Positions 37,772 to 50,213 are shown, counted from the stretch's first letter. The stretch is 64,000 bases of DNA from Fibrobacteria bacterium (GCA_050294405.1 JBNKOC010000027.1:67639-131638); one strand, 5' to 3'. A program made the numbers and translations. Notes: generated by a model not told the origin, from the sequence alone.

Positions 37772-38242
37772 ATGTCTGAGTCACAAACCATAAAAAATCT
37801 GGAATCTGCTTTTGCAGGCGAGTCCATGGCGAACAGAAAATACCTTTATTTTGCCAAACTTTGCCGAAAATTAGGCGCTAACGATGTGGCTGAAGTTTTT
37901 GAAGCCACTGCAGAACAAGAAACAGCTCACGCCCACGGGCATTTGGAACTTTTGTTTCCTCCCGAATCTCTTACAGTTGAAAAAATGTTGCAATTAGCCA
38001 TAGAGGGAGAAACCTACGAATACACCGAAATGTACCCTGGCTTTAAAACCACCGCCTTGGAAGAAGGAAATGCAAAAGCCGCTTCTGAAATGGGCGAGCA
38101 AATAGACGAATCCAAAGAACATGCAGAACGTTTTTCCAAACTTTTGGAAAAAGCCGCCAAGCGTTTTACAGCTCTGGCCAAGGTGGAAGAACGTCATGCA
38201 AACCATTATCAAAAAACCTTAAACGAATTTGCCAGCAAATAG
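37772..38242 (+). CDS. Rubrerythrin-family diiron protein lacking the rubredoxin domain
   Basis: [48 protein letters not shown] and KEHAERF. The RBS is AAGGAG. Confidence 0.87.
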   Translation: MSESQTIKNLESAFAGESMANRKYLYFAKLCRKLGANDVAEVFEATAEQETAHAHGHLELLFPPESLTVEKMLQLAIEGETYEYTEMYPGFKTTALEEGNAKAASEMGEQIDESKEHAERFSKLLEKAAKRFTALAKVEERHANHYQKTLNEFASK

Positions 38243-38252
38243 GAGCAGTATC

Positions 38253-38429
38253 ATGAGCGAATTTAAAAAATACGAATGCGTAGTCTGTGGTTTTATCTAC
38301 GACGAAAAAGAAGGCATGCCAGACGAGGGAATCGCCCCGGGCACAAAATGGGATGATATTCCCGAAGACTGGAATTGCCCCGATTGCGGAGTAGCTAAAG
38401 AAGACTTTGAAATGGTGGAAGTGGATTAA
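38253..38429 (+). CDS. Rubredoxin
   Basis: [18 protein letters not shown]...WNCPDCG carries two CxxC pairs. The ATG at 38253 has an AGGAG RBS; the track start at 38229 is an upstream non-ATG codon. Confidence 0.93.
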   Translation: MSEFKKYECVVCGFIYDEKEGMPDEGIAPGTKWDDIPEDWNCPDCGVAKEDFEMVEVD

Positions 38430-38458
38430 AAAATTTTCTTCATTAATAAACTTAATGT

Positions 38459-38493
38459 CATGTATAGGCCTTAAAGGTCTGTACATGCGTTTT
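38459..38493 (+). terminator. Hairpin plus U-tract after rubredoxin (terminator/attenuator, or an OxyR autoregulatory palindrome)
   Basis: A 12-bp stem (two G-U pairs) spans 38459-38470 and 38476-38487, with loop TTAAA. CGTTTT follows. The hairpin ends 10 nt before the oxyR ATG. Confidence 0.45.
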
Positions 38494-38502
38494 AAAAAGT
38501 AA

Positions 38503-39399
38503 ATGTTTCATTCTCCTCCCAGTTTTAGACAGCTGCAGTATCTGGTAGCCCTGGTTCAATGCGAACATTTTGGAAAAGCCGCCCAACAATGCCATGTAAC
38601 TCAGTCCACTTTGAGCGCTGGAATATCTGAAGTGGAAGATATCCTCGGGTTCCCCCTTGTGGAAAGGATAAATAAAAGAAACATCCGAATCACCCCACTG
38701 GCCCAAGAGTTGGCCCAAAAGGCCCAAGAATTGTTGGCGCTTGGCGAAAAATGGATGGAGTATGCTAACATCCTCAACGACCCCCTCAGTGTAAAAGTTA
38801 AAATTGGGATTATCCCTACTATCGCTCCTTTTTTATTGCCTGCTTTTCTTCCCTTGAGCCGAAAGCGATATCCGAAATTGGATGTGGAAATTATGGAATC
38901 CACAAGCCAGTCCATTGTTGGAGCTGTGGAATCTGGAAACATGGACTTTGGAATTTTGGCTCTTCCCTACGAACTGGGACGTCTTGAAGTTAAAAAGCTT
39001 TTTCCCGACAATTTTATGGCCGCCATTCCAAACCAACACCCCCTAGGCAAGTTGAAAAAAATTACAGCGGATAAATTGTCTGGAGAACAATTGCTGCTTT
39101 TATCTGAAGGCCATTGCCTAACGGACCATGCGCTGCAAATTTGCAAATTAAGCTTTGACAAACGGGTGGCCGGTTCAAGCCTGTTTACCCTCATGCAACT
39201 GGTAAAAGGGGGTAGCGGAATCACCATTGTTCCGGAAATGTCGGTTCCCAGCCTGTCCCGCCTAAACAGCCAAATTTCTTTTGTTCCCCTGGCTGAGCCG
39301 GGACCTCATAGGGAAATAGCCCTTTTGTACCGCAACAGTTGGAGCAACCAGGCTGTGGTGGACGTCCTATTTGAGCTGCTAACATCCTCTCACAAATAA
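38503..39399 (+). CDS. oxyR: LysR-family peroxide-sensing regulator OxyR
   Basis: The HTH is LQYLVALVQCEHFGKAAQQCHVTQSTLSAGI. EGHCLTDHALQIC reproduces the C199/C208 spacing of E. coli OxyR (HCLRDQAMGFC). Confidence 0.87.
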   Translation: MFHSPPSFRQLQYLVALVQCEHFGKAAQQCHVTQSTLSAGISEVEDILGFPLVERINKRNIRITPLAQELAQKAQELLALGEKWMEYANILNDPLSVKVKIGIIPTIAPFLLPAFLPLSRKRYPKLDVEIMESTSQSIVGAVESGNMDFGILALPYELGRLEVKKLFPDNFMAAIPNQHPLGKLKKITADKLSGEQLLLLSEGHCLTDHALQICKLSFDKRVAGSSLFTLMQLVKGGSGITIVPEMSVPSLSRLNSQISFVPLAEPGPHREIALLYRNSWSNQAVVDVLFELLTSSHK

Positions 39400-39511
39400 A
39401 ACTCAAAATTTGAAAATTTGGCAGGAAATTGGATTGTCCCAATAAGAGATTACAATTTATTATGTTTTAAGAATTAATTTAAAAATGGAATTTTCCATTC
39501 AATTTTTATAG

Positions 39512-41752
<2,241 letters not shown>

Positions 41753-41755
41753 GCA

Positions 41756-43096
41756 CTAGGGATTGTATCGACCTGAAATGCTATAGCTAAAGTTTTTGGA
41801 AACCCGGTTTCCCTGATATAAAACCCTGATGCTTGTCCCGGAAGGGTCTAAAAATAACGTCGGGGTTAGTTTAGTGTTTAAATTGCTTTTGTCAAATATC
41901 AGGATACTTGTGGGAGCGGTTTGGCTGAAACAAAGAGAACCAAATCCGAGTTGGTCAAAACCGCCACTTGTGTTTCCGTAATTCCCCCCACCCCCTTCCG
42001 GCCTCAATTGTTCGGCGAAGCTCCCGCTGTATGGGGCATACAATCCTTTTTCCACAACATAGTGGTTGTATATAAGTTCCCACACAGGCCGCAAATTGCC
42101 CCTTCCTTCCGGAGATACGGCTAACATTTCCTTACCTTCACAATTGCTGTAATCGGTCCAGGGAACATCCTCCCCCAAATTATATTTAGCGGTGTATTCC
42201 GCAAGGGCCAATACCTTGTTATCCTTGTAGCCAAACAAATCCTCTCCTTGATCGTAGGCCATTTTGCAAAAACTGCCCACCAGGGCTATGCATAACATGG
42301 CATGGCCCTGGTCTCTTCCCGATTCCTGACCCTGTCCCAAAAAATGCCCAGGTTTATCCCCTGGATATATATGATTCACCAGCCTGTCAATTTGGCCCGT
42401 TCCTGAGCCATTTTTAAAATAGTCCACAGCTTCTGAATACATACTTGAATCGTCGGCAAAAATTCCAATCGCCAAAATGGTATTCATATTAGCCAAATCC
42501 CAGTTAGCCCAATAGTGGTCAAAGCAAGTGTTGTTATGCCGGATTAGAAAATCAGAGCTAATGGGATAAAAAATGGAAACTAACATATTTTTAAATTTGT
42601 TAAAATCCTCCGCAGCCCATCCGGGGTAGTCTCGCAACAGCTCGCCCGCTACAGCAAACTGGTATCCGTACAAGCCTGCTCTTAAGCCCGCATTGGAATC
42701 TCCGGTAAAACCCGTGAAAATAAAAGACCAGTCATTGAGTATTTGAACTGCCGCCTGGGCGTATTGAGAGTCCAGAGAGATGCGGTATCTCAATGCCAGT
42801 TGGTAGGCCGCCGCGCAGTCTCTGGCCATGGCCATGTATGTTTCCCCATTTGGGCACCCGCTGCCGCCCGCGCAAACTTCTTCTTTGGGATTGGAGTTGT
42901 ATTGAAGTTGAGAATAGGAATTTGAAATAAGCAGATCATAACTGCCTATCCAGGGTTCTTGCTGCGCTAATACCTTTTGGCGCATCCGGGCAATTTCAGA
43001 CTCGGTGTGTAAAATTCCCGGATGAACAAATCCGAATGCGGAAGGAATAGCAAAAACGAATATCGGGATTATTCTAACGGTTATTTTTTTTAGCAT
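41756..43096 (-). CDS. Alginate-lyase-family (PF05426-like) secreted polysaccharide lyase
   Basis: HPGILHTESEIARMRQKV..EPW, GLYGYQFAVAGELL, YWANWDLANM and QESGRDQGHAM. The likely start is the ATG at 43096 (MLKKITVRIIP signal). The track start at 43153 adds 19 aa. Confidence 0.7.
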   Translation of the reverse strand: MLKKITVRIIPIFVFAIPSAFGFVHPGILHTESEIARMRQKVLAQQEPWIGSYDLLISNSYSQLQYNSNPKEEVCAGGSGCPNGETYMAMARDCAAAYQLALRYRISLDSQYAQAAVQILNDWSFIFTGFTGDSNAGLRAGLYGYQFAVAGELLRDYPGWAAEDFNKFKNMLVSIFYPISSDFLIRHNNTCFDHYWANWDLANMNTILAIGIFADDSSMYSEAVDYFKNGSGTGQIDRLVNHIYPGDKPGHFLGQGQESGRDQGHAMLCIALVGSFCKMAYDQGEDLFGYKDNKVLALAEYTAKYNLGEDVPWTDYSNCEGKEMLAVSPEGRGNLRPVWELIYNHYVVEKGLYAPYSGSFAEQLRPEGGGGNYGNTSGGFDQLGFGSLCFSQTAPTSILIFDKSNLNTKLTPTLFLDPSGTSIRVLYQGNRVSKNFSYSISGRYNP

Positions 43097-43404
43097 ATAA
43101 TTATTAGAAAATATATTGGAAATAGTGCTAATTTTACCCTTCTTTGCCCACAATCAATCCAGCAATATTTAATTTAAGCCATTTTTAAAACCAGAAATGT
43201 GAAATTCGCAAAATTTAGCCGTTTATCAGGGTCAAATGGCCTCAGCCAAAGTGTTAAATTTGTGCTATTATATTGTTAAGATTAAAGTATTTAAAATAGC
43301 GAAAAGGCCTTAAATTTAGGGAGAAGTTTGGGATTTGGTGGATTGTTATGTCTGGGGTCGCCAAAATCCCGGACTAAGATGAATCCTGGGCACAAGGAGG
43401 GGGT

Positions 43405-44514
43405 ATGGAAATTTCAAAAAAACGCTTAAATCTGATTAGTCTGGTAGTTCTTGCCGTTTTAGCCTTAATTGGCGAATCTTTTTCAAATGTCGCAGGAGAT
43501 ACCATTCAAGGAGATGGCGAAATATATGTATCTCGTTTAAAACGCCTTTTGGTTTTGCAAGAAGAACACCACAGTAAAAATATTGTGGGTGACGAAATCA
43601 AAGCCCTTTTGGAACCAAACGGGGTGGAAGTAGAAGTTGTTGCCACTTCTAATAGTTCTTCTGTTTTAAACAATGCGGTTTTAGCCGATTTTGATGCATT
43701 ACTTTGGTCCTATGCATGGGAACCCCAGGACAGATACAATGCCGCCATGAAGCAGGCCGTAGAAGATTGGTACGCACAGGGCAACAGAGGGGTAGGTTGC
43801 TTGCACTCTTGCCAACGCTCCCATGATTGGCCTTTTTACAAAGAAGTTTTTGGCTCTTTGTATGCGTATGAATGGAATATTCCCAGCAATTCTCAAACTA
43901 TGATCCTTGACGATAGCTTTAAAGACAACATGTTGTACAACGAAAGCGAAGATAAAAACTGGGACAATCCCGGTGGCCAGGAAGAGTATTACCTCTATGA
44001 TTTAAACCCAAGAGATCTTCCCAATACTCAAATCCATTACCGCATTGAAGAAAACGACATTCAATCTATTTCCATGGGAGGCGACCACCCTGTAGTTTGG
44101 ACAAGAGAAGTTATGGGCGGACGCAGTTATATGAATGTTTTAAACCACGCTTCTCATTTAATCAATGAATTAAAGCGTCAGGAATATGTGGACAACTTAA
44201 CTAAGAGTTTGTACTGGCTCCCAGGTTACGATACTGTAAAAATAGAAGTGGATACCACAGATACTACCACAAATATCGATTTGGATAAGAATCAACTGGG
44301 TAACCAATCTGAAATCTTTCACATTGCCTCAGATAACAAAACTCTGCATATTGGCGATGTTAATAACCAAATAAAAATTTTCGATGCCCGCGGAACTGTG
44401 GTTTATGAGTCCCGCGGTTTGAATAATTATGATTTATCTTCCCTCAAGGGAATTCATTATATTCAAATAAATTTGAATAATAAATCTTATAGAAACAAAG
44501 TTATATTACTTTAA
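43405..44514 (+). CDS. ThuA-like domain protein with a T9SS-type C-terminal domain
   Basis: It has a signal peptide, FDALLWSY, HPVVWTREVMGGRSYMNVLNH and the C-terminus LKGIHYIQINLNNKSYRNKVILL. The RBS is AAGGAGGGGG. Confidence 0.6.
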   Translation: MEISKKRLNLISLVVLAVLALIGESFSNVAGDTIQGDGEIYVSRLKRLLVLQEEHHSKNIVGDEIKALLEPNGVEVEVVATSNSSSVLNNAVLADFDALLWSYAWEPQDRYNAAMKQAVEDWYAQGNRGVGCLHSCQRSHDWPFYKEVFGSLYAYEWNIPSNSQTMILDDSFKDNMLYNESEDKNWDNPGGQEEYYLYDLNPRDLPNTQIHYRIEENDIQSISMGGDHPVVWTREVMGGRSYMNVLNHASHLINELKRQEYVDNLTKSLYWLPGYDTVKIEVDTTDTTTNIDLDKNQLGNQSEIFHIASDNKTLHIGDVNNQIKIFDARGTVVYESRGLNNYDLSSLKGIHYIQINLNNKSYRNKVILL

Positions 44515-44579
44515 AATTCTAAAACATTTTCTTTAAGCTGAATTCTCAGTCTTTTACCTGTATTAGTTTAGGTGTTATT

Positions 44580-45986
44580 ATGAAATTATTAATTGTCTTT
44601 GTATCCCTTTTTTCCTTTGCCTCCGTACTGCAAGCCGATATTGAGCTTAAACCGGTTACCACTAAGGTTGGCGTGGAGCTGGGCCAATTTATGGGCGGCC
44701 AATATTCTGAAAGAAAAGATATTGATATGCAAGGCCATGTGGAAAGACGCATACTATTTTCAATCGGAAGGGAAATAGAGGTGGACCCTAGCTTTACCTT
44801 ACATTTTGCATTAGGCGGGGCTCTTTTCTATGCCTTTCCTGCAGACAACACCCAATACTTTACTAAAGGCACTAAAACGGCCCTCACTTTAGGTTATGGT
44901 TATGGCAACAAAAGTTGGGATTGGGGTGGAAGCCTCAAGTTTGGAATATTCCCATATAAGTACAACCCCAATGCCAAAAATTTAGGGGAATATCTTTTTA
45001 GAAGCGGCACATATCCCAGTATTAGATACACCGGTGGTTTTTCAAACGTGAACTCCGCATATTACCCTGCCGAGGGAATAAATTTCAGTTTTGAACATTT
45101 GGAAGGCATGTTAAAACATGAGTTTATTTTATTTTCAGAAAGATTCCAGTCCCCCACAGTGGATTTAACCCCCAGCTACTTAGTAACGCTCAATTTAACA
45201 AACATTATTGAAATTGAAGCGGGTGTGGCGTTTAACAGATACATTCCAGCCAAACCTTCAAAGCTAAATCCAAAAACGGAAGAAAACAGCTATGTTACTA
45301 TGATTGACCCTTTCCCCGATTCAGTATTATATGGCGGTGAAAAAATTGCGCCTGTGAACGAAGGGCCAGGCTGGCTGCTTAATAACTATCGCGACACCAC
45401 ATCCCGAGAACGCTTATTATCCTTAACCCAGGAGGTAGTGGGTCCTTTGGGCGATACACTGGAAGTAAACCTATACAATAGAAACACCACCTACTACAGC
45501 CAAAAAGGGATTAAGTTAATGGGAAGCATTGCAGCCAACCTCCCTGGAAACTCAAAAATTTATGCGGAAATTGCGTTATTAGGTTTGGAAAATCACCCTT
45601 TTTATTACGAAAGCCAGAAAGAACGCATGCCCATTATGGCTGGCGTATCCTTTCCTACTTTTGGGCTATTGGATAACCTATCTTTTGAGGTGGAATATTT
45701 AAAAGCCAAGTTTGCCAATGATAAATCCATTCTATACAACACCACCGATGTTATTTATGTGAATTCGCAGGAATCTTATGAAGCCAGTCTGGAACAGGCA
45801 AAAAAAGAAACTTGGAAGTGGTCCTTTTTTGCTGAAAGGAAAATCGGAGAAACCATGAAAGCCTTTTTGCAAGTGGCTAGCGATCATTTCCGAACGATTG
45901 ATTATGAAGTAAGACCTTCCCATGCCAGCATTATTAAATCGCCTTCGGACTGGTACTACATGGGAAAATTTGAATTTGGTTTTTAG
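44580..45986 (+). CDS. Hypothetical outer-membrane beta-barrel protein
   Basis: It has a signal peptide, an alternating aromatic/Gly-rich composition and a C-terminal ...GKFEFGF (terminal Phe). Confidence 0.45.
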   Translation: MKLLIVFVSLFSFASVLQADIELKPVTTKVGVELGQFMGGQYSERKDIDMQGHVERRILFSIGREIEVDPSFTLHFALGGALFYAFPADNTQYFTKGTKTALTLGYGYGNKSWDWGGSLKFGIFPYKYNPNAKNLGEYLFRSGTYPSIRYTGGFSNVNSAYYPAEGINFSFEHLEGMLKHEFILFSERFQSPTVDLTPSYLVTLNLTNIIEIEAGVAFNRYIPAKPSKLNPKTEENSYVTMIDPFPDSVLYGGEKIAPVNEGPGWLLNNYRDTTSRERLLSLTQEVVGPLGDTLEVNLYNRNTTYYSQKGIKLMGSIAANLPGNSKIYAEIALLGLENHPFYYESQKERMPIMAGVSFPTFGLLDNLSFEVEYLKAKFANDKSILYNTTDVIYVNSQESYEASLEQAKKETWKWSFFAERKIGETMKAFLQVASDHFRTIDYEVRPSHASIIKSPSDWYYMGKFEFGF

Positions 45987-46189
45987 TAATAAATTCAAAT
46001 CTTGCCTCATTTGGCTATATTCTTTTTAAGAAATCTCACTTAAAAACATAGCCTAAAACAATTTATTTGCCTTTTTCCAGGATACAAATATGTATCTTAA
46101 GGACTTCGTCCCAAAATTTCAGAAAAAAATCAGTTAGAATTTTCCCTGGAAATGTTTGCGGGAGAATTTCCCCAATTTTAATAGTAAAA

Positions 46190-46219
46190 AATCTGAATTT
46201 TTCTGGAAAAATTCAGATT
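46190..46219. repeat. Perfect 13-bp inverted repeat AATCTGAATTTTT-CTGG-AAAAATTCAGATT
   Basis: Read directly from the sequence. It lies in the 418-bp leader of the CE15 esterase gene. Confidence 0.85.
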
Positions 46220-46404
46220 ACTTCCAAATAATAGCGTTGAACATCGACTGAGATATATAAAACTCAGATCCTTCCAGATTTATACAAATATGACTTTTTT
46301 CAGGATACACAAAAAGGATATTGTATGAGATTTTAAGCATATATTTTAAAATTCTACGGTATATTTTTTTATGTCGGAAAGGTTCATTAACGGGAGGAGA
46401 GCCC

Positions 46405-48159
46405 ATGAAACCCAAACTATTCCTGCTTATTGGCTTATTTGTTGGTATAACTTTAACCTATAGCCAAAACGTTTCTCTTAGTGGGATTGTAAGGGAAGCT
46501 GGCAACAACAACCCTATTTCAGGTGCACAGTTACGCTTGTTAAATTCCGGACTGACCGCCACTACAGACGCTCAAGGCTCATTTTCGATATCAGCTGTTC
46601 TATCTGTTCACAAATCTGACAATTTTCACCCGGATTTAAGTTTTGAGCTTAAGGGCAATATGTTAATAGTCCGGTCCGGAAATTTAAGTGAAAATACAAC
46701 AGTGGAATTATACAGCACCACGGGAAGTTTGATGTATGCATCGAATTTTGAAGAAAATTCTTCATCTGATTTTGAGATTGAAATTCCCGATTTTAAGCCT
46801 GGAGTTTCGATTTTGCTTGTAAAGGCAAATGGAAAATCTATTTCACAAAAACTGTTCCGTCTTGGAGATAACATATTCAGTCAGGATTATTCCTCATTTG
46901 AAAAGGGTGGAAGCCTTAAAGCTTCCGCAGCATTTTTAGCTGTAGATAGCCTAATGATCAGCAAAACAGGGTATCTGGATGCTAAAATAGGCATTGATAG
47001 TTACACTATGGAAAATCTGGAAATCACTTTGGAATCCAGTAACTGTGATATTCCAGAAATGCCTTCCCGCACTCAACTGGATATAAATATTCCCAAATTG
47101 CCCAACCCTTTTACTTTCAAAATTGCAGACTATCCTGATGTTACAAAACGCGAAGACTGGAACTGCCGCAGAGAAGAAATAAACAAAGCCATGCAAGCCT
47201 ATATTTATGGAGAAAACCCTGCACCTGAAAAAGTGGAAGCGAACTATTCTGGCAATACCCTGGAAATTACAGTGAGCTACGGAGGAAAATCAATATCATT
47301 TGACTTGGATATATCTGGCGGTGATCCGCAAAACCCAAAACCCCTTTTATTGAAATACGGTGGGTTCGGATCTCTACCAGGGCTGCCTAATGGAATTGTG
47401 TCCGCAACTATGCCAATTAATGATATTGCTGCGGATGCGACCTCATCCAGTGGTCTATTTTATAATTTATACGGAACCAATCATTCCGCTGGTGAATTGG
47501 CCGCCTGGGCATGGGGAGTGGGCAGAGTAATAGATGCTTTAGAAATGACGCCTGAAGTTGGTATTGATCCCACTAAGGTGGCAGTTCATGGATGTTCCCG
47601 TTATGGCAAAGGAGCGCTGGCTGCAGGGGCACTGGAGCCTCGCGTCGCCCTTACAATTCCAGAAGAGGCTGGTTCCGGTGGGGGTTCTGCCTGGAGGATA
47701 ATTGCCGCAGAAAAATCTTCCGGAAGAGACATTCAAACTCTGAGCAGTGCATGTAGTGAAAGAAACTGGATGCATCAGAATTTTTGCGACTGGAGCGGGC
47801 TTGAGAGCCGTTTGCCAGTAGACATGCATGAAGCCATGGGCTTGGTAGCTCCCAGAGGTCTTTTATTCCTAGATGGAGATGCAGGAAATGATTGGTTAGG
47901 TGTTACTGCTAGCTCCTGGTCGGCCCACGGGACCGCTGAAATTTATAAGGCGCTGGGTTCTGAAAGCGGATTTACTTATTCTCAAATTAATTCTTCTCAT
48001 TGCACTACCCCACAAGGTCAGGGAAAATATGTTACTGCTTATATGAATTATTACCTATTGGGAGAAGGCGAACCTCCTGAAGGTGGCGTTGTTACTCAAG
48101 CTACAAGACAATTTAATAGAGCTGATTGGATTGATTGGGAAACTCCCAGCCTGGAGTAA
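46405..48159 (+). CDS. Glucuronoyl esterase (carbohydrate esterase family 15) with an N-terminal carboxypeptidase-regulatory-like domain
   Basis: The ATG at 46405 follows GGAGGAG. It has a signal peptide and the N-terminal segment NVSLSGIVREAGNNNPISGAQLRLL. The CE15 nucleophile motif is HGCSRYGKGAL. Confidence 0.8.
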   Translation: MKPKLFLLIGLFVGITLTYSQNVSLSGIVREAGNNNPISGAQLRLLNSGLTATTDAQGSFSISAVLSVHKSDNFHPDLSFELKGNMLIVRSGNLSENTTVELYSTTGSLMYASNFEENSSSDFEIEIPDFKPGVSILLVKANGKSISQKLFRLGDNIFSQDYSSFEKGGSLKASAAFLAVDSLMISKTGYLDAKIGIDSYTMENLEITLESSNCDIPEMPSRTQLDINIPKLPNPFTFKIADYPDVTKREDWNCRREEINKAMQAYIYGENPAPEKVEANYSGNTLEITVSYGGKSISFDLDISGGDPQNPKPLLLKYGGFGSLPGLPNGIVSATMPINDIAADATSSSGLFYNLYGTNHSAGELAAWAWGVGRVIDALEMTPEVGIDPTKVAVHGCSRYGKGALAAGALEPRVALTIPEEAGSGGGSAWRIIAAEKSSGRDIQTLSSACSERNWMHQNFCDWSGLESRLPVDMHEAMGLVAPRGLLFLDGDAGNDWLGVTASSWSAHGTAEIYKALGSESGFTYSQINSSHCTTPQGQGKYVTAYMNYYLLGEGEPPEGGVVTQATRQFNRADWIDWETPSLE

Positions 48160-48313
48160 CCCGAATTGACTAGTGTTCATGCCCAAACGGCGATCCCCCC
48201 ACAGTACCCTTCGATTTTAACTTGGGGTACTGTGACTTTTTCCACGCTATACCAAAGAGTTTGTGATATGGCCGAAATTTCCTACCTTTGGTCCTTTTTA
48301 ACAGGTTTGATAG

Positions 48314-50185
48314 ATGCTCCAAGTAAACAATCTTACCAAAGGCTATGGCGACCAAATCCTTTTAGACAAGGTAAGCTTTGTAGTTAACCCAGGTGAAAAA
48401 ATTGGCCTAATTGGTCGAAATGGGCATGGCAAAACAACTCTTTTTCGCATGCTTATGGGGGAAGAAAAACCCGATGATGGAGAATGGACAGCCCCTAACC
48501 GGTACAAAATTGGTGTATTGTCCCAGTACTTTGATTTCAAAGAGCCCACTGTATTGCAGGAAGCTTGCACCGCATTAGAAGATCACGGTGGATGGAAAGA
48601 AGAATACAAAGCTGAAGCCATACTAATGGGACTTGGCTTTTCAGAAGCCGATTTTCACCGCGCCCCTAAGGAAATGTCGGGCGGCTTTCAAATGCGTCTC
48701 AACCTCACTATGTTACTACTTTCCGAACCGAATCTTTTGTTGTTGGATGAACCCACTAACTACCTGGATATTGTTTCCATCCGCTGGCTGGAACGTTTTC
48801 TAAAATCATGGGAAAATGAGTTTATTCTCATTACACACGATAGAAATTTTATGGATACCGTATGCACGCATACCATGGGTATTTTAAGAAAGCAGTTGCG
48901 GAAAATTCCTGGCCCCACCCGAAAATGGTACAGCCAAACTGCCGAAGAAGACGAAATTTATGAAAAGACTCGCTTAAACCAAGAAGCCAAGCGCGCTCAA
49001 ACTGAGCGATTTATCCAACGCTTCAAGGCAAAAGCAAGCAAAGCCGCCGCCGTCCAGTCAAAAGTAAAGTTATTAGAAAAGCAGGGCATTGCTGAAAAAC
49101 TGGAAACAGAAAGTGACTTAAGTTTTAAATTTCGTGAAACTGAATTTCCTGGCACCCGGTTCCAAACTGTAAAAGGGCTGACATTTGGTTATAGCCCCGA
49201 TAAGATATTACTAAATGATATTAACATAGATATACATCCGGGAGATAGAATTGGAATTATCGGTCCAAACGGAAAAGGCAAATCTACTTTACTTTCCCTT
49301 TTAGCAGGAGAATTACAACCATTAGAAGGCTCTATTCAAAACCATGATTTGACCCGTATTGGATATTTTGGCCAAACTAATGTGGATAGAATGGATTTTG
49401 AAAATATGGTTTACGAGGAAATTGGACGGGAAAATCCAGACTTGGGTATCGGCGGCTCCAGAAGCATTGCCGGACTCATGATGTTTGAGGGAGATAATGC
49501 CAAGAAAAAAATTAAGGTATTGAGCGGCGGGGAAAAAAGCCGGGTCTTATTGGGAAAAATTTTAGCAAGCCCCGTTGGTTTATTGTTATTGGATGAACCC
49601 ACTCATCACCTTGATATGCAGTCTGTTGAATCTCTAAAAATCGCTTTGGAAAAATTTAACGGAGCCGTGGTCATTGTATCTCATGATGAAGAAATTATTG
49701 GGGAAATAGCAAACAAACTAATAGTGTATGATGAAGATAAATGTTTTGTTTTTGATGGAACATACCAGGACTTTTTAGACCGTATTGGATGGTCCTTCGA
49801 GCGCAATGAAGGCACAGCCCAGTTAAAAACGAATACAAAAAATAATGACAGTAAAAAAGGCGGAAAGAAAAAGAACAAAAAAAATAGATCGTTCAATTCC
49901 ACGTCTCAATCAGATACTCAGGCAGAACAAGCAGGCATATCAAAAGAATCCGACGGAACTAGTAAGCTAAGTTTCAAAGAAAAAGAGCTATTAGAAACAT
50001 TGCCTGAAAAAATTGAAAAGTTAGAAACTCAGCAGGCTGAAATTGTAGCGAAAATGGCCAATCCCGATATATACCAACAAAATCCGGATGAGGTAAAAAA
50101 GCTAAGCGTTCAAAGCGAAGAAATAGCCCGGGAATTGGAAAAATATTATGCTAGCTGGCAAGAGCTTGAGGCCCGTAACAAATAG
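48314..50185 (+). CDS. ABC-F family ATPase (Uup-like)
   Basis: It has two ABC cassettes (GRNGHGKTT / LSGGFQ / LLLDEPTNYLD, and GPNGKGKST / LSGGEK / LLLDEPTHHLD). A Lys-rich linker and a C-terminal coiled coil follow. Confidence 0.92.
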   Translation: MLQVNNLTKGYGDQILLDKVSFVVNPGEKIGLIGRNGHGKTTLFRMLMGEEKPDDGEWTAPNRYKIGVLSQYFDFKEPTVLQEACTALEDHGGWKEEYKAEAILMGLGFSEADFHRAPKEMSGGFQMRLNLTMLLLSEPNLLLLDEPTNYLDIVSIRWLERFLKSWENEFILITHDRNFMDTVCTHTMGILRKQLRKIPGPTRKWYSQTAEEDEIYEKTRLNQEAKRAQTERFIQRFKAKASKAAAVQSKVKLLEKQGIAEKLETESDLSFKFRETEFPGTRFQTVKGLTFGYSPDKILLNDINIDIHPGDRIGIIGPNGKGKSTLLSLLAGELQPLEGSIQNHDLTRIGYFGQTNVDRMDFENMVYEEIGRENPDLGIGGSRSIAGLMMFEGDNAKKKIKVLSGGEKSRVLLGKILASPVGLLLLDEPTHHLDMQSVESLKIALEKFNGAVVIVSHDEEIIGEIANKLIVYDEDKCFVFDGTYQDFLDRIGWSFERNEGTAQLKTNTKNNDSKKGGKKKNKKNRSFNSTSQSDTQAEQAGISKESDGTSKLSFKEKELLETLPEKIEKLETQQAEIVAKMANPDIYQQNPDEVKKLSVQSEEIARELEKYYASWQELEARNK

Positions 50186-50213
50186 CCATAAACATGGCTA
50201 ATTTTTGAGATCT

